This document shows, piece by piece, positions 12,271-25,285 of a DNA stretch of 64,000 bases. Position 1 is the stretch's first letter, and each line of letters begins with the position of its first letter. Source of the DNA: Octopus vulgaris. Lineage: Eukaryota. The DNA is taken from contig OX597827.1 in assembly GCA_951406725.2 (NCBI GenBank), positions 72,540,001 through 72,604,000 of the forward strand, read 5' to 3'. The notes under the pieces were generated by a model. The model made no database searches, was not told the DNA's origin, and saw only the letters and a program-made list of their open reading frames with translations. The translations under genes and the position numbers were made by a program.

Positions 12271-13057
12271 GGTACTTTTTGGTTATCTCACCCCCATTAA
12301 AAAATTGGTTTATCCCCACGCAAATAAAAAAAAATTGTTTAATCCTCAATAAAACAAAATAAAAAATAAAAAAATTAATAAACATATTATAGGCGAAGGA
12401 GTGGCTGTGTGGGAAGTAGCTTGCTTACCAACCTCATGGTTCCAGGTTCAGTCCCACTGCATGGCACCTCAGGCAAGTGTCCAGGCTGACCAAAGCTTTG
12501 TGAATGGATTTGGTAGATGGAAATTGGAAGAAGCCCATTGTATATATATATATATATATGTATATGTATGTGTGTGTGTATATGTTTGTGTGTGTCTGTG
12601 TTTGTCCCTCCAACATTGCATGTTTACATCCCCATAACTTAGTGGTTCAGCAAAAGAGACCAATAAAATAAGTACTAAACTTACAAAGCATAAGCTTTGG
12701 GGTCGATTTGCTTGACTAAAAGTGGTGCTCCAGCATGGCCGCAGGTAAATGAGTGAAACAAGTAAAAGAGTAAAAACAGGAATAGTGAAAAGATTAAATG
12801 CCTTATTGAAACCTGATAATATTTTTATGATAAATCATACAAAACTGAAGAAATTAAACAACTAATATTTTTATAAAATCCTACCATTCCTATTGAGGAG
12901 GCCAAAAGTCTAAACTGTGTTGAAGTATTGAATCAAAAAGATCTAACTTTTTTAATCCAATCTCTTGTCACCACATAAACTGAATCTTTTAGTGGAGAGA
13001 CAACCCAATTTTTTAACAGCAATTTTTTTAATGGGGGTGTGATGACCAAAAAGTACC
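12271..13057. mobile_element. Non-autonomous DNA transposon with about 36-bp TIRs and a nested SINE A
   Basis: GGTACTTTTTGGTTATCTCACCCCCATTAAAAAATT versus its reverse complement at 13021-13057. Confidence 0.7.
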
Positions 13058-13238
13058 TAATATTTTTGTTACAGTGAGTGATTTAAAATATAACCAGTTT
13101 CCATGAATCCATCTTATCAAATATTAAAAAGAATTTTTTTGGAAGTCAAAGAGAAAAAAAAATTGAGGTTTAATGGTTTGTACCCATGTTTTAGTGCAAA
13201 GTGGAATTATGAGTTACTCCTTCTATTTGAATGGTTAA

Positions 13239-15453
13239 CCCTTTTGTTACTGTATTTCTCTTGAGATGCTCTGTGTTTCTTTCAATTACTTCAACATAAC
13301 AAAGAATTTAGTAAAATAACTTAGTTATCATTAAGCTAGTGTTAAGAATAAAAATTGTGACTAAGGTTTGGTAGAAGATTTTAATTCAAAACTTATGAAA
13401 ACAAGACATTTGTACTGAGAGCCAGAGCTGGTTTCAGCCAGGTTGGTATCAAAAGAGTTAAGAATTGTTTCTCTATTATATATTTTAACCCTTTTATTAC
13501 TGTATTTCTGTTGAGATGCTCTGTGTTTCTTTCAATTAATTTTAAATATAACAAAGAATTTAGTAAAATAACTTAGTTATCAATAAGATAGTGTTAGGAA
13601 CAAAAATTGTGATTAAGGTTTGGTAGATTTTAATTCAAAACTTATGAAAACAAGACATTTGTACTCACAGCCAGAGCCAGTTTTAGCCAGGTTGGTATCA
13701 AATAAATTAAGAATTGTTTCTCTATTATATATTTTAACCCTTTTATTACTGTATTTCTGTTGAGATGCTCTGTGTTTCTTTCAATTAATTTTAAATATAA
13801 CAAAGAATTTAGTAAAATAACTTAGTTATCAATAAGATAGTGTTAGGAACAAAAATTGTGATTAAGGTTTGGTAGATTTTAATTCAAAACTTATGAAAAC
13901 AAGACATTTGTACTCACAGCCAGAGCCAGTTTTAGCCAGGTTGGTATCAAATGGATTAAGAATTGTTTCTCTATTATATATTTTAACCCTTTTATTACCA
14001 TATTTCTGTTGAGATGCTCTGTGTTTCTTTCAATTAATTTTAAATATAACAAAGAATTTAGTAAAATAACTTAGTTATCATTCAGCTAGTGTTAGGAACA
14101 TAAATTGTGACTAAGGTTTGGTGGAAGATTTTAATTCAAAACTTACGGAAACAAGACATTTGTACTCACAGCCAGAGCCAGTTTCAGCCAGGTTGGTATC
14201 AAAAGAGTTAAGAATTGTTTCTCTATTATATATTTTAACCCTTTTATTACCATATTTCTGTTGAGATGCTCTGTGTTTCTTTCAATTAATTTTAAATATA
14301 ACAAAGAATTTAGTAAAATAACTTAGTTATCATTAAGATAGTGTTAGGAACAAAAATTGTGATTAAGGTTTGGTAGATTTTAATTCTAAACTTATGAAAA
14401 CAAGACATTTGTACTCACAGCCAGAGCCAGTTTTAGCCAGGTTGGTATCAAATGAATTAAGAATTGTTTCTCTATTATATATTTTAACCCTTTTATTACC
14501 ATATTTCTGTTGAGATGCTCAGTGTTTCTTTCAATTAATTTTAAATATAACAAAGAATTTAGTAAAATAACTTAGTTATCATTAAGATAGTGTTAGGAAC
14601 AAAAATTGTGATTAAGGTTTGGTAGATTTTAATTCAAAACTTATGAAAACAAGACATTTGTACTCACAGCCAGAGCCAGTTTCAGCCAGGTTGGTATCAA
14701 AAGAGTTAAGAATTGTTTCTCTATTATATATTTTAACCCTTTTATTACCATATTTCTGTTGAGATGCTCTGTGTTTCTTTCAATTACTTTAAATATAACA
14801 AAGAATTTAGTAAAATAACTTAGTTATCAATAAGATAGTGTTAGGAACAAAAATTGTGATTAAGGTTTGGTAGATTTTAATTCAAAACTTATGAAAACAA
14901 GACATTTGTACTCACAGCCAGAGCCAGTTTCAGCCAGGTTGGTATCAAAAGAGTTAAGAATTGTTTCTCTATTATATATTTTAACCCTTTTATTACCATA
15001 TTTCTGTTGAGATGCTCTGTGTTTCTTTCAATTACTTTAAATATAACAAAGAATTTAGTAAAATAACTTAGTTATCAATAAGATAGTGTTAGGAACAAAA
15101 ATTGTGATTAAGGTTTGGTAGATTTTAATTCAAAACTTATGAAAACAAGACATTTGTACTCACAGCCAGAGCCAGTTTCAGCCAGGTTGGTATCAAAAGA
15201 GTTAAGAATTGTTTCCCTATTATATATTTTAACCCTTTCATTACTGTATTTATTTTGAGATGCTCTGTGTTTCTTTCAATTAATTTTAAATATAACAAAG
15301 AATTTAGTAAAATAACTTGGTTATCATTCAGCTAGTGTTAGGAACATAAATTGTGACTAAGGTTTGGTGGAAGATTTTAATTCAAAACTTACGGAAACAA
15401 GACATTTGTACTCAGAGCCAGAGCTGGTTTCAACTGGATTGGTAACGAAAGGG
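13239..15453 (+). repeat. Tandem array of 9 piggyBac-type MITE units, period 248-252 bp
   Basis: Units start TTAA-CCCTTT at 13239, 13489, 13738, 13987, 14239, 14488, 14737, 14985, 15233; the last unit ends GGTAACGAAAGGG. Confidence 0.92.
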
Positions 15454-16522
15454 TTGTAGGTTTGGGGTGAGGGTTCAAGAGTTCAAATTTTAGGAATTCT
15501 ATTGAAAAGAAGGCTTTTGAATTGAATGGGTAGTTTCTATTCAGGAGGTGACCAGCTATGTGTCTATCTGTGTGTATTTTTGGAATATATTGTCAAAACA
15601 ATTTTTCCCCCTTTTTCTTAGAGAATATATTGACTTAAGGATGGTCACTCAAAGGATTTAGAAGGAATTATTTTGCTGTGTGTGAGTGTGTGTCTATGTA
15701 TGTGTGTTCTTTTATTTTTAGTGGTGTATGTGTGTTTTCTTGTATTTGGGAAAATATTCTATAATTTGTGGTGTGAGGGTTTATGTTGTGTGTTTTTGGT
15801 TTTATGGGAATGTTTTGTGTGTGTGTATGTGTGGCACAGGTGTGGCTGTGTGCTAAGAAGCCTGCTTCCCAACCACATGGTTTCAGGCTCAGTCCCACTG
15901 CATGGCACCTTGGGCAAGTGTCTTCTACTATAGCCTCAGGCTGACCAAAGCCTTGTGAGTAGATCTGGTAGACGGAAACTGAAAGAAGCCAGCTGAGGAC
16001 ATGGTACATGCAAAGTATTAAAAGACACTCAAGGAAGGAAAGAAAAGTAGTTTTACGTTTTGGGCCAAGCTCTTTGTCAGAAACAGGAGACAGAGGAATG
16101 TCCAAGAGAAAAGGAAGATGGAGGAAAAAAAAATCAACAATCCATGTGGTTACACACACACACATACACATATATTTATGTGTGTGTGTCTTTGAGTTTG
16201 TGTTTGTTCCCCCATCCTCATAACTTAGCAGTTCAGCAAAGATACTGTTAGAATAGGTACTAGGCTTACAAATAAATCATGGCCATAATCAAATGTCTAA
16301 AACAAGTAATATATATATATATATATATTTCAAATTGTAACCACATGTGAATCGTTTGCAATTTTCTTCCTTTCTATTGGACTTTCCTGTTTCTGAAGAA
16401 GAGCGTTTGCTCAAAACGTTAAACCATCTTTCTTTCCTTCCCTGAGCGTCTGCTAATACTTTACATGTACCACGTCCTCACGTTCCTGTTTGTTCATCTT
16501 TTTTTTGATTTACTATTTATAT

Positions 16523-17286
16523 AGGCGCAGGAGTGGCTGTGTGGTAAGTAGCTTGTTTACCAACCACATGGTTCCGGGTTCAGTCCCACTGCATGGCACC
16601 TTGGGCAAGTGTCTTCTACTATAGTCTTGGGCCGACCAAAGCCTTGTGAGTGGATTTGGTAGACGGAAACTGAAAGAAGCCCGTCGTATATATGTATATA
16701 TATATATATGTGCGTGTGTGTGTTTGTCCCCCTAGCATTGCTTGACAACCGATGCTGGTGTGTTTATGTCCCCATTACTTAGCGGTTCGGCAAAACAGAC
16801 TGATAAAATAAGTACTGGGCTTACAAAAGAATAAGTTCCGGGGTCGAGTTGCTCGACTAAAGGTGGTGCTCCAGCATGGCCGCAGTCAAATGATTGAAAC
16901 AAGTAAAAGAGTAAAAGAATATATATATATATATCTCTTTTACTTGTTTCAGTCAGTTGACTGTGGCCATGCTGGAGCACCGCCTTTAGTCGAGCAACTC
17001 GACCCCGGGACTTATTCTATCGGTCTCTTTTGTCAAACCACTAAGTGACGGGGATATATATTTACATATATACATAAACATTCAGAAAATTATATATATA
17101 TATATATATATATACATATATACAACGGGCTTCTTTCAGTTTCCGTCTACCAAATCCACTCACAAGGCTTTGGTCGGCTCGAGGCTATAGTAGAAGACAC
17201 TTGCCCAAGGTGCCACGCAGTGGGACTGAACCCGGAACCATGTGGTTTGTAAGCAAGCTACTTACCACACAGCCACTCCTGCGCCT
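16523..17286. repeat. Tail-to-tail inverted SINE A pair
   Basis: Plus copy 16523-16920 is followed immediately by a minus copy (tail 16935-17053, head 17125-17286). Confidence 0.85.
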
Positions 17287-17686
17287 ATATATATATATAC
17301 ACACATATATCTTTCTGTGAAGTATATTAGCAGAGGACGTGAATGATGAGTAAATCTTCATGAGCAAAATCCCTTGAGATATTTGTTTTGCATTGAGCTA
17401 CAGACATTCCCTTACTATTTATGCCATTCAGAAACTCAGGGAATGAATTACTAACCCCATGGCATAATTGTTCATCAACTGCGATCGACATGCAATTTTC
17501 ATCCAAAGTAAGTAACACTAATGACACAAGACTAAAAACCACAAACGACAAATTAGTTTTTAAAAAAAGTGTTTAATTACAATAGCAGAATTAGAAATGA
17601 CAAACAAGAGAAACACAATACAACAAATAAAGAGAAAGAAAATGTATGTGTATTATACACACACACACACATATATACATACATTG

Positions 17687-17728
<42 letters not shown>

Positions 17729-18160
17729 GTTGTATTTTGGGATGGTTATTTTATTTATTTTTTATTCATTTTTTTTTGCCAAATAAACACATGCACTATA
17801 TATATATATATGTATATATATTTTTTCTTCACTCGCCTATTACTGGTCTTATTTATTTTATGTCCATTGTGCGGAAATCTTTTGTCAACACATCTGTGAC
17901 CTCTTCAGAGACACTTTTCATTTCCATGTGTGTTCTTGCTCCACTCACTCTATTCTGTTCTTCTAAGATGTGTATCCTTATGTGCACATGCATTTATGTC
18001 CTTGTGTGTGTGTGTATGTATGTATGTGACACACATACACAAAAGTGCGTATGTCTATTTGGCAAAAAAAATACGTAAGTAAAACGACCATCCTAAAATA
18101 TAACAATATCTGCTTCAACACACAATTTCACATCAGGAATCTTGCAAAACGAATATATAC

Positions 18161-18207
<47 letters not shown>

Positions 18208-18287
18208 TACACACACATAAACAAACATATATATAAATATATATATAAACATAAAGATATATATTTACATATATACATAAACATTCA

Positions 18288-18325
<38 letters not shown>

Positions 18326-20849
18326 CAAACACACACGCTTGTATAATCAAACGTCTTTTTATCTATGCCCTGTAGGATCACACATGTTAAGAATCTCTGA
18401 GTAGGAGTAGTGACAGAGTTAATCAGCCTCAAATGAATACACAAGTGTATATATACATACATACATGCATATACATACATATATATATATATGTATGTAC
18501 AGACACACATTCCTTGTTTATACACAATTACATTATATATAAATATAGCATATATACATACATTCATATATATTATATATATATATATATACTTGTGTAT
18601 GTATACACATTCTTATATATATGTGTGTGTGTGTATGTGTGTTAACAGTGATGTGGGTGGGGGCATTAAAATATTGTTGGAAAAGCAGAAACTGCTGCCC
18701 TTCTTGTCACATGGTGTTGATAAAGTCTTCATATCAATGTTGTTGTTGTTGTTGTTACAAGTGTTTATTCAGTGGTGTCACTGTCCTTTTGGGAAGTTTT
18801 GGCATTGGTCAAGAGGGCAATTTGCCAAACGTAAGGGACGTCAGGATAGAGGAGGGTGCATAGCAAGCTACCCGAAATTTCAAGCAATGTCCACATCACT
18901 GTTAAACGGGCCAGGGTCAAAGTGAGACTGGGGGTATATAGTGGTCAGTTTTAGGTGTGGGGAAACGAATTGGAGCCATGGATCAGCTTTGGTGGGAATT
19001 GTGCTGAACCGGGGTGTGGGGTGTGTGGAGAGAACGGAGGCGGGTATAGTAATTTTCATGGGACCTGAGCTGAAGGAACTGTTGTTGTTATTGTTTTGGC
19101 CCAGGACTGCTCTGATGCAGCAAGCCTTTGGTCAAAAATGGAACAGCTGAGACCATCCTGTGTTTGACCAAGACTCCGTGTACCAAGGAGTTCATTAGTC
19201 ACTGTTAATTGCTGGTAGGGACATTGTTTTGTAACCATAACATACCACCATGTAAATTTAAAGGGTTACAAGTCAATATTGTACCTTACTTTGTGTTAGC
19301 AGTGTGTTGTTTTGATTTTTAAGTGCATCTCTACAGATTTTCTATAGAATTTAGAGCCAGCACTATAATGCTGCAGATATGAATACATCTATGTAAACAA
19401 TGCAATCGAAGATAGAAAAACAGGTAATTGGTGTATATGCACATTTCAGGAGTTATTGCTTCCTCTTCAGCACCACATTCAACCTATTGACTGTCCACAA
19501 ACACATGGCTTAAATAGCCACTAAATTTAAAAGCATAACACAATTGGATGGACCGGTTTTACATATTACATTCCTGGCAACTGGTATGTACATATTAATA
19601 GCTGATAAGGACACCGTATTGCGTTATGCAACCACAATATACTACCAAGTACATCAATGGTTTTTATAAGTCAATATTGTATTCAGCTTGTGTTAGCAGT
19701 GCTATTAAATCACTTTTAAGTTATCTTAACAGATTTTCTTTTTGAAATTAGAGCCAGTACTGAAAGTTATGACATTTTGTATAAGAATATGTCTATGTAA
19801 ACAATGTGATCACACTTTCAAAATGCTGGATCTAAGTTCTATAGGAGATCTGTTGAAATAAACTCAGTAATGATTGTTCAATGTGTCCTTGTTTTCTCAG
19901 ACAGTGGGGCTTGAGGTCAACTTTGTGTAAAATAGGGGCTGGAGGTCAGCTTTGTGTAAAATAGGGGCTGGAGGAATAGTTTGGGATGTCGGTCAAGTTG
20001 GCAAAAGAGGAATGTTGCATGGCTGGGGGAATAACTTGGACTCTTGGTCACTTTGGTGGCAATTCACCTTACTGACTGTGGGACAACCTTGAATGCTCAG
20101 TATATTGAAAAGTGGACAAAGCGAGAACTGGGTCATTGAAGAAGTGGATTCAAGGTTGTAGATGGCAGCATGGGAATAAAGGGCTGGTGGAAGAGGGAGT
20201 GGATGGGAAACTCTGAGATATATGGAAGTGTTGCTATAGCAACTATAAACTGTTAGCACAGTACTGCTGGCATCACATGTAAGCATTACTACACTATTAC
20301 CTGCAGCATCTGCAATCTCCAACAGAACCAAATCTACTGTGGTTTCATGACATGCTAAAAATAGCAGCCAAATATCTATCAAATCACAACCAGCTCTACT
20401 ATGGTTTCTTGACCTGCTAAAAATAGTAGCCAAATATCCATCAAATCACAACCAGCTATGTTGGATAACATGGTGCTGGGCTTCTTGTTTGTAGGGAAAA
20501 AATGATGGGATGGTCACGGCTGGAATTCCTCTGAACATAGTTCTTCTTTAGTCAGAGCTGACTGGGGGTTAGACAACAGCAACCATCATCACCCATGCCT
20601 AAAGCGCTGACTGGGAAAACAGATTTCGTGGGTTGTATCCAGTGGCTTGGCCAATTACCCTGTCAGTGCCACAGGACAGTTCAATGACTGCAGAACTGAA
20701 GCTACACAACACCACAAACACCACCACCACCACCACCACCACCACCACCACCACCACCACCACCACCATGATGGCCACAGCTCAATACTCCACTGCTGCT
20801 GCTGCCACCAGCACTACCATCAGCAGTATTACCTGCACCACCACACAGA

Positions 20850-21720
20850 GAGGACAAACAAGGACAGACAAACGGATTAAGTCGATTATATCGACCCTAG
20901 TGCATAACTGGTACTTAATTTATCAACCCCGAAAGGATGAAATGCAAAGTCGACCTTGGCGAAATTTGAACTCAGAACATAGCGGCAGACGAAATACCTA
21001 TTTCTTTACTACCCACATGGGGCCAAACAAGGACAGACAGATGGATTAAGTCGATTATATCGACCCTAGTGCATAACTGGTACTTAATTTATCAACCCCG
21101 AAAGGATGAAATGCAAAGTCGACCTTGGCGAAATTTGAACTCAGAACATAGCGGCAGATGAAATACCTATTTCTTTACTACCCACATGGGGCCAAACAAG
21201 GACAGACAGATGGATTAAGTCGATTATATCGACCCCAGTGCATAACTGGTACTTAATTTATCAACCCCGAAAGGATGAAATGCAAAGTCGACCTTGGCGA
21301 AATTTGAACTCAGAACATAGCGGCAGACGAAATACCTATTTCTTTACTACCCACATGGGGCCAAACAAGGACAGACAGATGGATTAAGTCGATTATATCG
21401 ACCCTAGTGCATAACTGGTACTTAATTTATCAACCCCGAAAGGATGAAATGCAAAGTCGACCTTGGCGAAATTTGAACTCAGAACATAGCGGCAGACGAA
21501 ATACCTATTTCTTTACTACCCACATGGGGCCAAACAAGGACAGACAGATGGATTAAGTCGATTATATCGACGCTAGTGCATAACTGGTACTTAATTTATC
21601 AACCCCGAAAGGATGAAAGGCAAAGTCGACCTCGGCGGAAATTGAACTCAGAACATAGCGGCAGATGAAATACCGCTAAGCATTTCACCCGGCGTGCTAA
21701 CGATTCAGCCAGCTCACTGC
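20850..21720 (-). repeat. Tandem array of about 5 SINE-B-derived 169-bp units
   Basis: GGCCAAACAAGG recurs at 21021, 21190, 21359, 21528. Confidence 0.92.
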
Positions 21721-22425
21721 TGAACCACCATCACCACCACACCCACTCTAGTAACACCACCACCTCTACATTGGATACAACTCAATACTTCACCACCACC
21801 ACCACCACTATGAACAAGTGATTGTCCCATAAACAGGTAGACGCATACAAGAAAGGTGGGCTAATGGTAGGCTGAGACAGACACACAGCCTAATGTCGAG
21901 AGTAGTAACGTTGTTTAGGTAGTGGAGGTCATGGTTACAGTTCACTTCTTATTTACGAAGAGAGCCATAATTAGGCAGAGTTGACATTATTGAGGTAAAC
22001 TTTGTGGCAGCAAGGGCGGGCAGGTGGGTACGTGGAGAGTGAAGTGATGCCATGTGACAGATAGGTAGTGGCAGTGTTGGTTGTAGTATTAGAGGTAAGG
22101 TTGGTGATAGCTGTGGTGGTGGTGGTGGTGGTGTTGGTGGCAAGCAATGCTGCTGTTGTTGTTGTTGTTATCGTTGTTGTTGTCGTTGGCGGCGGTGATG
22201 TTTGTGATTGTCATAAACAAAGGCAATCACCCAAAAGAAACCAGTGTTAAGGGTCGGGCAGACTCAGCAAAAAGTGGAGAGAGAGGAACTCACCTTCCAG
22301 GTTGTGTGTGTGTGTGTGTCGGGGGGTGGGTGGATGGAGGGGGTGGGTGGGTGGGTGGATGGAGGGGGTGGGTGGGTGTAGTATTGGCAGGGAACAGTGG
22401 GGGGAGGGATGGGGGTTTCTGCAGC

Positions 22426-22550
22426 TTAGAACTGCTTCTTCACTCGTTGAGGAAGAATGCTCTCCTGGGCGTATTTGAAGAAGGACAGCAAACCGTAGCG
22501 TTTACCTCGTCGGTTGAAGTAATTGCTGACTACATCCATGTCTTTGTCAT
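22426..22550 (-). CDS. TEX261: TEX261 final coding exon (DDKDMDVVSNYFNRRGKRYGLLSFFKYAQESILPQRVKKQF*)
   Basis: TATTCCAG acceptor; DVVSNYF motif; TAA at 22428-22426. The six exons sum to 615 nt = 204 aa + stop. Confidence 0.95.
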
Positions 22551-23335
22551 CTGGAATAGAAACAAAGAGAAAGTAGGAGGCATGATAGGTAGATATGGAT
22601 ACAGATAGATGGACAGTGGAGCGCTAAGAGTACCATACGAGTGAGATCGTTGTCAGAGCAACAAGCTGGCCTTCATGCCGATGGCACGTTAAGCACACCA
22701 TTCGAGCGTGATCGTTACCGCGTCGCCATACCAGCACTTGTGCTGGTGGCATGTGAAATATCCGAGCGAGGTTGTCGCCAGTGCCGCTGGACTGGCTCCT
22801 GTGCAGGTGGCACGTAAATAGCATCATTTGGGCGTGGCCGTTGCCAGTACCACCAAACTGGCCCTCGTACTAGTGGCACGTAAAAGCACTCACTACACTC
22901 TTGGAGTGGTTGGCGTTAGGAAGGGCATCCAGCTATAGAAACTCTGTCAGATCAAGATTGGAGTCTGGTTCGCCAGACCTCAGTCAAATCGTTCAACCCA
23001 TGCTAGCATGGAAAGCAGATGTTAAAAGATGATGATGATGATAGATAGATAGATAGACAGACAGACAGATAGACAGATAGATAGACAGATGGATAGACAG
23101 ACAGATAGATAGATAGATAGATAGACAGACAGATAGATAGATATAGATAGATAGATAGATAGATAGACAGATGGATAGACAGACAGATAGATAGACAAAT
23201 TGAGAAAGAAGGGGTGAAGAAGGGGTGGATTGATGTGTATAGAAGAGGTAAGTAGATAGAAAGAGAGTATGAATAGGCAGGGAAGTAGAGACAGAGAGAT
23301 ATATAAGAGATGTAGAAACAAACTAATGGACAGAA

Positions 23336-23381
<46 letters not shown>

Positions 23382-23430
23382 ATATATGTATATATTTTGT
23401 TTTGAATTTGTGTGAATGTGTATAGAATAA

Positions 23431-25285
23431 TATATCAGTTGAATAAGGCTAAAACATGGTCTGGTTTCCATGTTTTTTTACTATGATATTTTAACATTTA
23501 ACATTAAAAAAAATATTTCGTAATGCTCATAAAGTTAAATTAGTGCTTTCATATATAGAGTAATCATCAGATTTCAAATGTGTTTAACTGACAGTTGAGT
23601 TCTTGACAGCTTTAGTACCTCTTAGAATGTTCCAGCAAGTTGAATTTTTAGAATACCTTTTTGACCAATCTGCATGCAGCTTAAACATCAGGCGTACCGA
23701 TATTCTGTAACTTGTTTATATTTAAATCCCCATAGCTGTGCCTCGAATCTGGAGGTAGTTTTTTTCCGTTGAAAAGGAATGTATTGTTTTCAAAGATGAG
23801 GCTGACGGCGTCTAGTATGAAGGTTTCAATAAATCCATTGGGGATCGCTTCTCTATGTTTCTCGACCCAATATCTTATGGCAGTAAGTCCCAAGTCATGT
23901 GGAATGTTTGTATATAAGTTTGTTACATCAAATCTAACAGTGAAGTGGATTCTGTTATTTTGGGCAGATGTGAGAGGAAATCGATGTCACCCCAAATGAA
24001 ACTGGGTATGTGACTACATAGTGGTTTTAGGATAATGTCAATGAGGTTGCTCAGACCAGCTTTATTGGGTCTTAGTTTAAGGTCTTTTGGTTGTAGTAGT
24101 TTTATGTATTCACTACCTTGTTCCTTTGTAGTGTTCTGTATTTCTTTTGTCATATGTATTTTGGATAAGCCATAGAAGCTGCTGGATTTCGACTCAAAAT
24201 TGGCAATATAGTCCCTTTCATTAGGGGTGAGGGAGTTATAATGTTTTAAGACTAAATAATTGAGTTTTTTTCATGATGCCGTGGTCAATATTTGAAGATA
24301 TTTCATGGTAGAATATTATAACTTTTAAGTGATCTTCGGTTAGATCCGGGTAATATTCTGTATCCATTATAATAATGCCACCCCTTTACTGCTTGTTTAT
24401 TGAAAATTGTGTTGTCATTTTGAAGACATATAAGGGCAGACTTTTCTAGTTTTGAAATGTTTAGTCTGACATTGATATTATGCCTCAGTGGAAATCTGGA
24501 GAGGATGTCAACGAACTGATCTAGATGCAGTAGTTTTACGTATCCATAAAGGATTCGTCATTCTCATTATTTTTATCAGTAAAAAACTCCACAAGCTGTA
24601 ATTTCCGACAAAAGGTACTGAAGTACTGAGAGGTACTAAAGTTGTCAAGAGCTCAAATGTCAGTTAACCCTTTTGATACCATCCTGCCTGAAACCGCCCC
24701 TGGCTCTGAAGTACAAATGTCCTGTTTTCATAAGTTCTGAATTAAAATCTTCTACCAAACCTTAGTCAAAATTTATGTTCCTAACACTAGCTGAATGATA
24801 ACTAAGTTATTTTACTAAATTCTTTGTTATATTTAAAATTTATTGAAAGAAACACAGAGCATCTCAACAGAAATATGGTAACAAAAGGGTTAAAATATAT
24901 AATAGAGAAACAATTCTTAACCCTTTTGATACCAACCTGGCTGAAACTGGCTCTGGCTCTAAGTACAAATGTCCTGTTTTCATAAGTTCTGAATTAAAAT
25001 CTTCTACCAAACCTTAGTCACAATTTATGTTCCTAACACTAGCTTAATGATAGCTAAGTTATTTTACTAAATTCTTTACTAAATTCTTTGTTATATTTAA
25101 AATTTATTGAAAGAAACACAGAGCATCTTAACAGAAATATGGTAACAAAAGGGTTAAACACATTTGAAATCTGATGATTATACTATGTATGAGAGTGCTA
25201 ATTCAACTTTATTTTTCTAATGTTAAAATACCATAATAAAAAACATGCAAACCAGACCATGTTTTAACTTTATTCAACTGATACA
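23431..25285 (-). mobile_element. Penelope-like retroelement relic (RT fragment between inverted terminal arms) in TEX261 intron 5
   Basis: Fragments KGGGIIIMDTEY, KLRP, LIDIILKP, FDVTNLYTNIPHDLGL, LIFENNTFLFNG across broken frames; inverted arms 23431-23625 and 24628-25285. Confidence 0.8.
24668..25153 (-). mobile_element. piggyBac-type MITE dimer
   Basis: TTAA|CCCTTTTG...CAAAAGGG|TTAA twice (24668-24889, 24921-25153), with TTAA TSD. Confidence 0.88.

Noticed and set aside
13239-15453. CRISPR-like array
   Set aside because: Units are about 249 bp with identical spacers, there are no cas genes, and the context is eukaryotic; it is a MITE-derived satellite.
17327-17551. 74-aa minus ORF and plus-strand GTAAGT at 17508
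   Set aside because: No recognisable protein and no consistent exon frame.
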